A stretch of DNA of 63,980 nucleotides, counting the filler, from Sphacelaria rigidula (Eukaryota): assembly GCA_964200075.2 (NCBI GenBank). It is 3 parts of 3 records of this genome, joined end to end, with 100 filler letters (N's around TTAATTAATTAA, not from the genome) between each part and the next. Parts side by side here need not be neighbours in the genome. Positions count along the whole stretch, not along the records: positions 1 to 21,478 come from CAXNAA020000417.1; 2 more parts are not named here. One strand, given 5' to 3'. The translations under genes were made by a program, and so were the position numbers. Positions 1 through 13,425 of the stretch are shown here, piece by piece. The notes under the pieces were generated by a model. It worked only from the letters and a program-made list of their open reading frames with translations. It was not told where the DNA came from and made no database searches. Position 1 is the first letter of the stretch; every line of letters begins with the position of its first letter.

Positions 1-574
1 TGCTCTTCCGCGCTGTACGGGTAACACCGCATGGGTAGGCGCAGATCGAGTACAAGCGTAGAAAAGCACGGCGCGACTTGTACCTTTTCAACTCATGACA
101 CCGACCACGTGGCATTCGGAACAGAAAATACTAAACCCTGAAAAGTTTGCCACGGTCCACACCTACGTGGTAAAAATAAACAATCCAGTCGTTCTCGCTT
201 TCATCACTGAGTTCTGATTTTTTTTCCCGAAACTCTAGTATCGTAGATCATCTGGGTCATGCATTCATTTTCCATATGAAAATTGATGCCGATTCAACAG
301 ATGACCTGTGCTGGCAGCCATTATTTGACCGCGAGGGTAGGTCACCTGCTGAATGGGCATCAATTTCACTTGGAAAAATCATGTATGATCCAGATGGACT
401 GCCCGTACCGCGGTCTAAAGGGTTAGTCAACATACACGTACGAGAGCGGGTCAAACATCTGGAATTTGCGTTCATTTCACAACAGTGGGAAAAAAAAATG
501 ATGCCACCACAAAACAGATTGCTCACTTTTCGGCAAAAAGGGATTCCGTGTCAGACCCCCATGAGGCATATATA

Positions 575-757
575 CTCCCTCTCTTCAGTATTATTTATTC
601 ATGTTTTGCTTGTATCGCGTTTTGTGAGTTTTTGAATCTGGGTCTATTTTTTTTGGTGGGGGGGCTTTTTTGCTAGCCTGTGACCGCGGAAGGCGTCCGC
701 ATCAGATGCCCAGTGCGAATATACCACGCGGATATCGGAACGGTTTTTAATGTGAAG

Positions 758-788
<31 letters not shown>

Positions 789-789
789 C
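575..789 (+). repeat. (CAA)n-tailed retroposon 3' end; second copy at ~31635-31872
   Basis: ttttgcttgtatcgcgttt.gtgagtttt...gctagcct.tgacc.cggaaggcgtccg..tcagatgcccagt.cgaatatacc.cgc.g.tatcggaacggtttt..atg.gaaga-(caa)n is present in both copies. Confidence 0.85.
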
Positions 790-1104
790 CCCCATCAGGT
801 GGACCGTATGCGGACCACTACACCAGTAGAGTTTAGCACTTGCTAGCTACTTGCTTTTAGTAGGGGAAAAAAACAAAAACCGGATCTTCAATGGGCGTGC
901 TGTGCTCCTAGCGTGCGCAGAACGCGTTCTTGTCTAAATCGGCGCCGATTTGAGGTCAGGCAACGCACACTTCGCCTTGAGAGCACTTTGCGCCCCCTTT
1001 GCCCGAGGGTTCTTGGTATGCCTTCGTCGGGGTTAGGAGTAGATTCAGAGTTAGTGTTATTCGGAATCATATATTTCCGAGAAATTTCCCACCCCTACCA
1101 AGTG

Positions 1105-1166
1105 CGTTGTCAATAGCCAAACGACTAAGGCAAGCAACAAATGAGTACCCCCCCTTCCCTCCCCAT
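1105..1166 (+). mobile_element. Extremely 5'-truncated copy of the same LINE with C-rich tail and 13-bp TSD
   Basis: gttgtcaatagccaaacgactaaggcaagcaacaaatgagtac-cccccc matches the reverse complement of 28611-28655. Flanked by CCCCTACCAAGTG (1092-1104) and CCCCCACCAAGTG (1167-1179). Confidence 0.8.
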
Positions 1167-1473
1167 CCCCCACCAAGTGGTAAACTGACCTCCACTATAG
1201 GCACGAGGTGCAGAATACGTTTTCCGACAGCCCTTGCATCGAGGCACCGAGCCAACTCGTTTGATGGTAGCACATAGAGCAAGCAACTGGACGAGGCATT
1301 CTCCCGTCGGTGTCCCAAGTGCGGGGTCGGCTTATTGTAATGTTTTCCCGTGCTTGCTTGGTGGCATCACTGATGTGGCGGAAGGATGGGAACATGGAAG
1401 AATGACGGGGTGTGGACCCGTAAATACGGGGTCCCAGAACTTCTGTTACCAAAAGGAGGGGACCCAAAGAAAT

Positions 1474-1551
1474 GCTAACGCTAACGCTAACGCTAACGCT
1501 AACGCTAACGCTAACGCTAACGCTAACGCTAACGCTAACGCTAACGCTAAC
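1474..1551. repeat. (GCTAAC)13 hexamer array
   Basis: Perfect repeat; a one-base variant of (CCTAAC)n, i.e. TTAGGG. Confidence 0.97.
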
Positions 1552-1664
1552 CTTGACCCAAGGCGTACGAGACCCTCGGGGGAAGGGGGTGCACAGGTTC
1601 CCCCAGACAAAGTGTGCGTTGGCAGACCTTAAATCGACGCCGATATCCTACTCAGGGATCTTAA

Positions 1665-1837
1665 CCCTCGGACAGCGAGAGTAGGTCATCTGTTGAATCG
1701 GCATGATCCAGAAAGACTACCCTCGCGGCCTAAGGGTTAACCCTTAGACGGCGAGATTAGTTTTTCTGGATAATGCATTTTTTTTTCACTTGAAATTGAT
1801 GCCGATTCAAGAGAAGACTAACCTCGCGGTCTAAGGG
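1665..1837. mobile_element. Two adjacent piggyBac-type MITEs (1665-1736 and 1741-1837) in opposite orientation
   Basis: TTAA at 1661, 1737 and 1838; CCCT...AGGG ends with TIR CCCTTAGACCGCGAGG(G/T)TAG. Related copies at ~245-425, 1975-2045, 11330-11650, 40385-40425 and 40783-40888. Confidence 0.8.
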
Positions 1838-2719
1838 TTAAGGGTTTGAGTGGCAAGCTACTACAGAAAGCATATTGGACCTCGTGGAGGGGCATTTCGG
1901 AACTGAAACGATTCATTCACTAATTGGCCGCTTTTCACTTTCAATTTCACGAACACACTGTTGAGAGTAGATATAGGTTGGATCGTCATTAATCCCACTT
2001 GACAAAAGTATGCATGATCCACTTGGACTACCCTCGCGGTCTGACGAGGCCGTGTCTTATCAAAAATTCTTTTCGTGTCGGAAACATGCGGTGGAATCGA
2101 ATTCGCTCCGGATCTGATACAAGTCCACGGCATTCATTCACGTTCTCAACCACCATCTGAGTTCAACATAAATGCTGTGGACGTGTATCAGATCCGGAGA
2201 TAATTCAATTCTTTCACCGCACGTTTTTGACACGAAGACAAATTGATGACGAAGACACGCTCTGAGGCTCAAACTGCGACAATCAATCAATCAATCAACC
2301 AATCAAATCGAATCGAATCAAAATCTTAATCTGTCCGGGATTTCACACCCGCTCTTGCTCGTAAGTACTCACGATTCGAACGACGGTTGTTGCTCTCGCC
2401 AAACAAAAACAATCACCTCTCGACGTTCGAACGCTCGACCTTCCGGCGAGGCATTTACTCATCATGCTATTAGCACGGATTCTGTGTGCATGCGACCCAT
2501 CATTGTTTTCAACATGAACGATTTTTTCAGAATCCGTGCTACAGGAGCATAATAATAACTAGGAGCCTAACCTTGCCCGCGATGGCCAGCTATTGGTACT
2601 CCCGCTGAGACCAACGGGACGTGGTGGCATGTGTGTTAGATATCACCGCGTTCATAACCCCTTCAGATCAAATACATATAAGAATAGTTGCACACCCTGA
2701 AAAATAGATGGAGAGATGA

Positions 2720-2930
2720 ATAGATTGATTGATTGTCGCACTTGAACTGGCTCCCCAGGGATCAAGCCGTCGTCACATGATGGACGTACCCAAGAAACAC
2801 AAAACCGAAAACAGTTGCTGAAGAAAAAGAAGGAACAGAAAAAAGTCGAACAGAATGACATAGTAGACACAGACGCGAAAAAGAAGAAACAAGAAGAAAG
2901 AGTCAACAAAAAGCAAAGCACAGGGAATGA
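2720..2930 (-). repeat. (CAAT)n-tailed retroposon 3' end. Other copies: ~2262-2305 (+), 19700-19920 (-), 33250-33555 (+), 34005-34257 (+), 35322-35440 (-), 36650-36990 (+)
   Basis: Shared core gggtacgt.tat.atgtgaccacggc.gga...ctgggg...cagtt.a.tgcgac-aatcaatc. Confidence 0.8.
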
Positions 2931-3614
2931 ATGGCCGATTAGGTTGTCGAAAAGTGTGCTGCATGCAGTATGGAATCTATTTTGTCTGCTTCAATAGACG
3001 CAATAGTCTGTACTGTACGCAGTACACTTTTCGTCATTGCCATCTCTTGTCCAGGGTAGGAAGAGCTGCGAACGTGCAAACTCTCCAGGACACGGAAGAA
3101 AATGTGATACCTGACTAATTGCTCGCTGCTCACACCTAATTTCATGCTCGCGAGCTGGGTGATTGATCAGCACTATAAATCGAATATTCTAGAGTGTGCA
3201 GAGCATAGAGGACCTCCAATAACGGAAGGCTCGGAGCCACAGCCCTCGCTTGGGAACATAGGCTCATCATAGAGCGAGCCGAGAGGGGGCATGGGGTCCC
3301 CTCATATCGAGGGGAAGGTACGTACGTACCCCTCCGATACCATGGGTAATGACGATAGCAAGTACTGTATAAGAACAAGACAGTACACCCGGGTGCAGCA
3401 CGGTATGGGCACGGTGCCGCAGCAGGGGCCGACGCAAGCAAGTAGCTTCGTTTGTTTTCCGCAGTGCCCGATGATACCGCGATAGCCGCTGCGCCCCCTT
3501 CCCCCCCCCCAAACCAGCCTTAAAACTGTCACGTAAAAAACAGTCGCACAGTACATGATGGCTGCTTTCAGAGTGCATAAAGCGCCTCATACGGACGACA
3601 TTGGCAAAGACAAA

Positions 3615-3825
3615 AGAGATTTCCGGAAAACGCTTTCTGGTATTTTGAGAGTGCAAATACTCAGGATTAGAGTGTAAATATATATATATATTCCCCCCCT
3701 CCGTCAAATGTGGTATCCCCTCAACTTTTTTTCGATGAGTTCTTTTAATTTTCATTTTGCACTCTGATCCTGAGATATTTGCACTCTGAAATGAAATGAC
3801 AAAAAAGCGTTTTCCGAAACTCTCT
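3615..3825. repeat. Degenerate inverted-repeat (MITE-like) element
   Basis: ggaaaacgcttt...agagtgcaaatactcaggattagagtg versus cactctgatcctgagatatttgcactct...aaagcgttttcc. Confidence 0.65.
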
Positions 3826-4385
3826 AATAGACGCTCCCAAGCGTGGGAGCTCCCAGCTGATCAATATGCTCGGCCTTTGTTATTTAGATTTACATATAGA
3901 TTTATCCGTCAAATCAGCCGCTTTTCCAGGGGTGAATATCACGACCTCACTCTGCAGTCAGGTTACCGATCAAAATTCAAGGTCTTGGGGCCACTAGATA
4001 ACCAACTACATATCTGTTGATCGCATGAGAATCAACTAAGCTTGATATTGTATCACATGAACTGACGTACACCACTCGAACGTCAAACTCGAGTGACCTG
4101 CTGGGTATGAGGGCAGTTATACGCAACGAAAAAAAGTCATTATCCAAAGGTGGAAATCTGTGATTTTCTGATATAGTAGCTTTGAAGTTGCACCTAGATT
4201 GCTATCGAATTCCATACCCTCGCCAACACAGAGCAGGCAGGAAAACTTTCTTGAGTTTGACCTGCTCATGCGTGGGCGATTCCTGGGCGGTAAACCATGA
4301 CGGCGTTATTCAATTATAAATATTGGCAGATGAAAAGGAACAGGGTTCCTGTCGGGATTCTCTCTCATAATCGTTAGTCGTGGCG

Positions 4386-4690
4386 GGGGGGTGTACTCAT
4401 GATCTTGCATGCCGTAGTCATAAGACCATTGACCTCGCATTCCCACAGAGAGCTAGGACGGAGAACGCCGGGTTTTTGCCGGACCAGGCTTGCAATCACC
4501 AAGCGCGAAGCGCCGTGACGTGTTCGGCGAGTCGCATGAAGGGTGAGCTGAATCGTGCTAAGTTTGTTCAGCCCGACGCGTACTGATTATCTTGCATTTG
4601 GATGACAGCCTGCAATGAGTTACTTCATTTTCTGGTATCGCCATTTCCGGAGATAGCTACGGGTTACACACTGCCTCACGGATATCGCAG
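4386..4690 (-). mobile_element. Poly-C-tailed SINE-like retroposon, long form
   Basis: Homologous to 42715-43006 and 62277-62531; ends GATCATGAGTACACCCCCCC on the minus strand. Confidence 0.8.
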
Positions 4691-7535
4691 TCTAAGGGGA
4701 GAAGGGCGGAAGGCCATGACCACTAGCCTACAGCCGATGGAGACCTCTTGAGAGCTTGCAGCACACCTTAAACAGTAACAACCTTGATCTTTTCCCTCCC
4801 CAACAGTGTTATTTCATGATACTATATATAGAAATCACGCGACGATAGAAAATGACAGTATATGAGGAAACACGTCCATACATGCCTTAGGAGCATATAA
4901 CCCGCCCCCCCCCCCCCCGTACCTTCCGCATGACATTCCGAGAAAATAAACCTTTCTGCAAGACGGATGTCCAGCCAACTCGGGCCATTGTCCATTCCCT
5001 TACTGAAGTAGTGTCATACTCCGAGAGGGTCCGGGCAGCCAACGTGCTATCTGAGCGTTACTCCGCGTGTTTGGCGTCCAACGCGCCAAAATGAGCTAGT
5101 TCATGATCCGGATCAATATACTAATAAGAAGTAATATTTATGTAGCTCTTGAGCTGTCCGATGTGTGATCATTTCTCGTCATCTATCAGCGTCCGCCTCG
5201 ACTTCTACACATGATAATGAAAGCACGCCCCCCCGTTTTCCTTGCGGCTGACACACCACGTGGCCCTTTAGGGTACTACATCGATACCCACATGGAGGCA
5301 GCTGGCTTCACACCACCATCTACACATCACATACTAGGGCCGAAGCTCATGAGAGTAGGACGGCACGTGCACTGCGCCAAATCTACAGGGGGTTGTTGTT
5401 CTGTAGTGGGTCGGACCTCGACACTGCCTTGGGCAAACCTTGCGAACGCGCCAGGCGTCTACCCCGCTTGACTGCCATGAGGCAGTCTAGCGGAGCCTCC
5501 GGGTAATCGGCAAACGAACCCGCTTGCGGGGAGGGGTTGGGTCAAGTTTCCGCCCTTCCTTGGAAAGATGAAAAAAAAACCTTGAAGGTTCTGATGCTAT
5601 CGCATGGAAAGACAAGGCCGCTCCTCGGTGGAGGTTACTTTTCAAAAATACATTTCCTACCAAATGGTAAACTCTACTGCCTCCGTGGGTACGCTAAATG
5701 ATCTCTCCGGAAAACGTTTCACGGTTGGGACAACTCGTCACGACTCAAAACCACCAAATTCACGATTTCTTCGGCCTGATTGCCCAAAAGGGNNNNNNNN
5801 NNATTCCACGTGTCTGGGGTGCGCGTACCTGGGTTGCAACGCTAAAATAAAGCCTAGGGATTGATTATGGTCAATGGTTGCAAAAGGCCTTTAGTTTACA
5901 CTGTTTGTGTGTGTTGTCATCCCATCTATTCTGAACGCCAGTCTATACCTTTCGGTATATGAGGGCGCACCAGCCGGGGTCACACAGGAGGAAGGTCAAC
6001 ATGGGAGTTTTTCTTCTTCATTTGTTCTAGTTCTCCACCTTTTTTCTGCGGCACAACGCCCATACGTGGGGATAGATTTTTGTAGTGAAATTTGAAATTC
6101 AACCAATCCGAGGTCCTTCAGTGAGGAATCGGCGGAAGCTTGCGCCAATGAAAGGCGACCTTCGTAGTAAATAATGTAGTGAAAAATGCCTGTGATTGGC
6201 TCGCACACTCGAGTCACACCTATAGTGTACACCACGACGGATAGAACAGCAGCAGAGAAACGAAGCTGCAAGCAGACAAGTAGACAGTAAGTGGGAACCT
6301 GCCGCCGCAGTGAGTCATTGCGATCCTCGCATATCGGTATATCCCCATCTTACTATAGCTGGTTGTGTCTTTCCGTGGCCACAAGCGATGGCGCCGATGC
6401 CAGTGGCAGCAGCCGCCATGCTGACGGGTTCAAGCAATACCCTGGTGCAGTTGATCCGCACTGTGCTGTGCGTTGCTCCTTTAATCGAAGCACGGGGTCT
6501 CGCCCAGCCGTTCATACGGTGTATACCAGCGCTGGTTGTGTGTCTTTACCCAGCCATGTTCGGTATCGCGCAAGTGATGGGTCCGAGTAACATGAATTGT
6601 TCAAAAGGCAGTCAAGTGTGTATGTAGACCGTACTGCGTCCCAACTGACACTATATTTTACAAAGAGACGAAGACAACCATGCAGCAGCTCAAGCAATCT
6701 GAGCGGAGATCAAACCGTCTTCGAAAGGTCTAAACACACGACAGAACAATGATAGCTACAGCACATGAGAGAGGACGTGAGTGTGTTTGTGCTGCAGTAG
6801 AGTGAAACAGGACATGTCCCATGTTATAGTTCTTCGGCTGATTTCAAACTGGTCCTCAGTGTTTGTCGGGTGCCTGTCTTGAACGCTCGGCCGTAATCGT
6901 GCTTCACGCATATAATTTAATTCACTACAAAATCATCCCCATGTATGGGTCCTGTGCCCTTCCTGCGGTGCTTGCCTTATTTTTTCAATCGACCGAGACG
7001 TTCAGGCTAATTCTCATGTATAAAAATAAAAAACTAGTTGAAAAGTGCATTTTCTGTCTTTCTCCGTCGTTTCCCCGCCGGAAGACGGCTACGCGGATGT
7101 TGACACCTTGGAATGACTTGATCTACTCGCTGAGACCGTTTCAGAGCACCTTCGCGTTATCCGTAGGTCACAGTTTAGTTCTTGGTCAAACTTGAATTTT
7201 CAATAGCAAACGGTCAAGTTATAAAAAAACAGGGAAACGCAAAGGTGCTCTGGAACGGTCTCAGCGAGTAGAGCATAACAGTCCAGGGTGTCACACATCC
7301 ACCTAGCCCTCTTTCCGGGGCAAAAACGACGAAGAAGGGCCAAACATGCACTTTTCGACAAGTTTTTTCATTATTTTTATTTTTTTTACGGAAGAGGTAG
7401 CCTCAGAACTCCCTTTCCCTCATCGACCGTGAAGTCGAACTTTGTACATCTTTTTACACATTGCGACTGTTGAGCATAGATTGTCCAGGGTGTGCACTTT
7501 TCCGATCTGATTTTGGCCGGACGAGCGATTCCTAA

Positions 7536-8195
7536 GACCAACTCTAATCGGAGCTGTTCAAAATTCCTGTTTAAAACTGCCTTTCTTGGCCCTTCTCCGT
7601 CGTTTGACGCCTGAAAATAGGGCTAGCCGGATATCGACGTCTTGGAATGACTTGCTCTGCTCATTGAGACCGTTCCAGGGCAACTTTGCATTTCCCGCTG
7701 GCTGCACTTTAATTTTTGGTCAAACACGGATTTTCAGGCCAACTCTTATGGGAGCGTTTGAAATTTTATTGTGCAACGATTCCAGAGGAGTTTTGTTTTC
7801 CTTTGTCATCGTGGTGAATGGGCACAAAATACACAACTGCGGCAAAGAAAAAAAAAGTCGTTTAAATTTAATGCAAAATAAAATTCTAAACGCTCCGATA
7901 AGAGTTGGCCTCAATGAAAAACGGTCAACCGATAAAAAAACAGGGGGAAATTTTGATCACTTCGCCGTTTTTTACTGAAAATCCCTGTTTGACCTGGTTT
8001 GGCCAAAACCAAAACTGCAGCCGGCAAGCGGGAAAAGCAAAGTTGCCCTGGAACGGTCTCAATGAATAGAGCAAGTAAACATTCCAGGGCGTCAACATCC
8101 GCCTAGCCCTCTTTTCGGGCGTAAATCGACGGAGAACGGCTCAAAAGGCAGTTTTCAACCGGAATTTGGAGCGGCTTTCATAATAAGAGCTGACC
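7536..8195. mobile_element. PIF/Harbinger-type foldback MITE
   Basis: ~200-bp inverted arms with TAA duplication at 7533-35 and 8196-98. A related palindromic copy lies at ~7015-7390. Confidence 0.75.
7737..7910. mobile_element. PIF/Harbinger MITE nested in the 7536-8195 element
   Basis: TIR GGCCAACTCTTAT(G/C)GGAGCGTTT with 3-bp TCA duplication at 7734-36 and 7911-13. Confidence 0.85.
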
Positions 8196-11100
8196 TAAAC
8201 GACAATCGAAAAACTTAAATCGCTGAGGAAGAAAAAATCATACGACTCCTAATCAAACTCACGGAAATGCGTAACGTATGTTTTGGGTTTTGGCGAGGAA
8301 CCCATGGTCCGGTCGAAAGTATAACTGGCCTCATGTAAAAAATATCGAAAAAGTTGAAAGAAGTGCGCATTTTGCTCCCTTGGGAATCACAGCGAAAGTC
8401 TTCCCGTGAAGTCGAACCTGCCTAGCCCTGTCAGCACGGAATAGCCGAAATCTATATATGTCGGACGTGTTTCCTCCATACCGCTTCTTCGCCCTCCACC
8501 CCATCCCCCATGGAAAAATACCCAATTTGGCGTTTCGGGGTAATGTCTTGCTCGAAAAGTGGGGCTTAGCGGGCATTGTCCCCTTGGGAAAGACATTTAT
8601 TATACTCTGGGCGGATCCCGCCGAACTTTCCCGACTCTTCGTATGGCGAGCTTGATTTTTCGCTGTTCTGCGAATAACGAGCGTGTTCGCAATTTCACCA
8701 CCATACTCGTTCGAAAAAAACACCTTCGAGTATTATATTCGTAGTTCTTCCATACCCCCCCCCCTTCAGATTGGAGATACCGACAAGAAGATGATCATTA
8801 TTAGGATGCTACTTTCTTGGTCTGATTGATTGAGATATGGCTACTGCAGCCCATCCGATGCCAAAGTAGGTGGGATGTGCGGAACATGGATAATGGGAAA
8901 AGTGCGCCGTAATACTGCAATTTCAGTCGGGTAAAGAGATACAGCAAGAATGTGTACGGCAGGTAGGGCGCATGACAGGTTACAGTGATAAATAAACTGC
9001 ATTGTAATGTAGGTATAATGGTACAAGTTGGAGGGGTGGGGGTGGGGGGGAGGGTAAGGTTACTCAAGGTGATATAAACTGGCGTCAGTATTCCGAAAAA
9101 TATAAATCGCAGGTCGTGTGCGTGACCATCACACACATGAACTTCCCTAGTCGTCGGTCCGCGGGTCGTGCGGCAACGAGAAAAATCTTCGGGCGGAGTT
9201 TCGAGCTTTCCCTTCCCGAAACCCCACTCTCGTCGGTGAGTCGCTGTGTGTCTGCACACAGGGGCTCGGAGGCCAAAATTATGGAAGAATGAAACGATGC
9301 CATACGGCATGGAGGCATGGAGGCCTGAGCTGAGCAAGCGCCGGGAGCTCGCTTTCTGTTGTCGAAACGGCTTGGGTCGTGGAGGCGCACGATGTGCACA
9401 ATCGAATCACGTGATGTGGCTGATGATACATGATAGTAGGATCGCGGTCGCGCTGTTCTGCGCAATGCAGAGGCGGATAGCCGTATCGTTGCAAATCACG
9501 GCGAACAACAACAGCACCCCTTCCTCTCGTACAGACAGTAGTAACTACAGTAACAGTTGCTAGTAATTTGACTCTTGAACCACGAAAGCTTGGAATCTTC
9601 ACTGTAGGAACAGCTGACTATAAACATGAATGAATGGACAAAGTTGTGCCCTGACATCAACCATGTGGGCTCCCTCCCGAAATGGACTGTTTCGTGGTTG
9701 GGCAAACCGGGCAACTCCGGGGCACATCTCATGAGCTGAAACAGATGATGCGCACCTTCCAGGCATGCCGGTCGGGCGCTTCGGCTTCGGACTGAGCGTG
9801 AGTTAGCCCTGCGTAGAAGATCCTAATATGATAGTGCGATGATCTACACTAAAACCGAGTATATGATCAACCATCGCTCATTGGTGCCGAACGGTGCGGC
9901 GACCAACCTCTACTGGTCATCTGGGTATCACATCCATTTTCAAACAACTGGTGGGGTGGACTAAATATGTGATCCACCTCGGGCGGTCGAAGGGTTGCAA
10001 CCCATGGGGTCATCTGGGTGCAACCTCCATTATTCAGGCGCAAACGATACTGCTCCCAACACATGACCGAAGCGAGCAGTCAAAGCGTGCACGGAAAATA
10101 CGAACAAAATCACCGACACATTATTTGCCCACTTGCTCTCAGATCAGCCCCTCCCTGACCAACACCGCCAAAACTTCTCAAGTATACACCGAAAAGACAC
10201 CACACAACAAAAGCTGGCTACAGACTCCCTGGCACATGCGCATCATGTCTGGAAATCAAAAAAAAAAAAAAGTTCGTCGAGAGAGAACGAACGAAGGAAC
10301 ATGGTCCTCTCTCCCGTCCAGCCTCTCTGTCAAGATGCCCCACAGATGTAAAACATCTCGACATTTTGTCATACACATACAGTCGCGCGACAGTCTTGGT
10401 GTGCGGCCCGGCAACCCCCCTCCCCCGCCCCGCCCGCCATTTTCTGCTCACTACATGTGGAGTACGCATGCGAATGTTTTGATACTGTGTGCAGTCAGTC
10501 CAATAGGAACGTGCGGATGCCCAAGGGGTGCAAACAACCAAGAGAAGGAAGGGCACGGGATGATGGGTGGGGGCATGCACCGGACCCCGCACATATCTTC
10601 CCTACGGTTAATTGCCACAGCATCACGTGCAGTACATGCTGTAGTCTGCTGCATTGTAATCGTCCTTCGTAGAGAGAGTATTGTATTTGTATGTTCCGTC
10701 TGTACGGGTGCGGCGAGGTCACAGCTGCCCCGTGACTGAGAGTTGCCATCCCATCTCCAATACAGTCAATACTTCCTTCGCTACAGAAATACACGGTACG
10801 AGAAGTACTTCGTAGCTCATCTCGTCGGCAGTACAGTGCAGCACGCCATGCGTACTTTTCCGTTGAAACTTGAAACACCCTCCGAGCAGTGTCAAGAAAA
10901 AAAAACACTAGAGTCTTGTTCTGTATTAGAAGACTCCTGAGAGCACGCCCATAAGGCTCCCGCCAATGTGTTTGTGTGTGATCGCCGAATAATGCTGAAC
11001 TGAACCATGCGAGGGCGGTAAAGAAAAGGAAGAGCAGTCATCAGTAATATAAATAACAGTGTACCCTCCATTATCAACAAGCGACATATAGTACATGCAA

Positions 11101-13425
11101 AACTCAAACACCATGTGTTGTGATACACACAAATGCACTCGAGTCTTCAGGCTAAGGCAGAAGACTGCCTTGTTCTTCTGGCCCAGAAAAGGCACGACGG
11201 CAACCTTACACAAAGAAGAATTTGGGATCTTCATTCTGTGTGGCAAAAATAGAACCAACAAACAATCGGATGCAATGGCACACCCGGTTCCGCGCGTGAA
11301 AAGACTGCTACAGGGTCGAAAGGCCGACCCTTACACGGTCAGGGTTGGCTGGCTGATTATCTGTCGACTCGGCATCATTTCCACTTGAAAAATACGCCTG
11401 TAGACAAGACCCAGATGGTCAACCGTGGTGGAAAAGGGTTGGGGGTCTCACCCTTGGACCGCTTACAGGTGTACTGGTGTCGATCTGGGGAATCGCCATG
11501 ATGTTCACCTCAACATTTGAAAGAAAATTGGGGCTACGGCTTTATCTGCGGTTCAAAGGATTGACTCTTGGATCGGGAGAGGGGGAAACATCTCGCCCAG
11601 GTATTCATTTTTCGAGTGGAAATGATGCCGACCATTGAAACACGTAACCCACCTTGGCGCTCAAAGGGCCATGAACCCTTTTGACGGCGACGCGTCCATC
11701 TTGATTATTTCGAATCTATGTCGTTCGTGCCAATGCGAACCAATGTAAGTTAATTTTAACAGAATCCTCAACAGAAAGATCCCAGGGGTGCTTTTCTGAC
11801 GAGCAAAAAGTAGTGTGTTTTTAAAAAGTGGTACGGGCACCGCACCCACCAGGAAACAAAAGAAGCATCCGTGCACCGGATGATACGGGGGGTGTTCATC
11901 TACATGACATTGCACGACCAGTGAAATCGCGTGGTATCCAGCACATTGAGCTGGTACAGTACTGTACGAAGGCGCGCAGGGGGCTGAAGGAGGGGTATCT
12001 ATATGTCAGATGAGAATACAGGGAAAGCGGGCGCGGCGGGCCTTGTGTAGTGCGGCTGTGATATGTACACTTTCATTCACTCTGGGCTCTGGACACATAT
12101 CTCTGTTGGACTTCATGCCATTATTTCCCATGCAAGACGAGAACGAAAAGCACAGTGTGAACAGGTGATTACCCTGCATATCCGACTGACTGCTCAATTT
12201 ACTGTAGTTCCAGCAGAACAGGGTAGGCGCAACTGATGCGAATAGGCTTACAGATAGTATGCACCGCTGTGTAAGGTGGTCATGTGGGGACGATCAGTGA
12301 AGTAATCTACACTTCAGTGTAAAAGTACAGTTTAGGTAGCAGGGAAACAGGGAAATCATCCGTACTCTAAACTGTTGCACTGGTGAAGCGAGGGTCCAGA
12401 AAGTGAGGGGAGGGTATCGCATATGCTACTTACCAGCTTTCTTCAAGAGTTGGCGAGAGGGAGAACAGCAACAAAGATAGATGGTTTATGAGTCATGTGC
12501 TTCATCGGACACAGTACACTCTACCGCATCTTTAGTATCTTGGCCGTGACGAGACGATAATTTGGATTACGAAAATGTTTCTTGCCACCTGTCTCATAGT
12601 ACTGTACAAAAACACCTCATGATGTTCCTGGACACAAATGCGTGAAGCGGGGAGAAAGCAGTTGCATAATATGAACATGCCAAAGAGGCATGGAAGACAC
12701 ATACACCACGTACTCCCGGGAGTAACGCCGCAACTAGCTGCTTGCCGTACACCACAAGGCAGGATCTAACTTCAGGGGAAAGCGCGGGTGTGCGAAACAG
12801 CAATATGCCACGTAGAAAGCACGCGAACTCTAAACAGCATGATATCTCATGGTGCAATCGATTCGATGCAGGGGAACTCTTTTCGGTCAGGTCAGCTCAA
12901 ACTGATGGCAGCCAGGAAAGGAGGGGCAGGGCAAACCAACAAATTAGCCAACGAAAATCATGCAACTAGTGACATCATATTGCACCCAACGCCTATATAA
13001 TATCATAAACCGTTCAACATACGAAACGTAACCCCCGATATTTGCGGGGGGCTCGCACAACATAATTTGACCAAATATCGTAACTTCTTAGGCTATACCT
13101 CAGACGCCCCGAGAAATGTGCACAGTGCACTAGAAGACTGGAGTGCTCTTGTTCAGGCACTACGAGAAGGGAGGGATGGTGTCAAAGACCAGAGGAAGTA
13201 ACGACTGTAAATGCTAAGGGTATTTTTATGGGTGTTCATTATTCATGTATGCGTCTTGCATGTGTATTTCTACAACGAAGCACTGAAGTTATTTGAGAGC
13301 GAGGTGCGCCAAGGAGAGCTTCGCTTCAGACTGACCTTTCTCTTCTTGTGATGAAAAGTTGAAAGAGCATGCGCTCTGTTTCGTTGAGAGGTACCGCACC
13401 GTACACTGACTGGACTACTGCCTAC

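Larger units (their letters stand above)
938..1646. mobile_element. Inverted-arm element carrying a telomere-like microsatellite
   Basis: 938-1040 and 1540-1646 are diverged reverse complements; a related arm lies at 32830-33035. Confidence 0.55.

Noticed and set aside
1234-1684. ORFs with (NA)n and (LT)n dipeptide runs
   Set aside because: These are translations of the (GCTAAC)13 microsatellite.
9894-10739. 281-aa ORF
   Set aside because: It has no domain motifs, spans repeat fragments and simple sequence, and lacks an ATG start; likely spurious.
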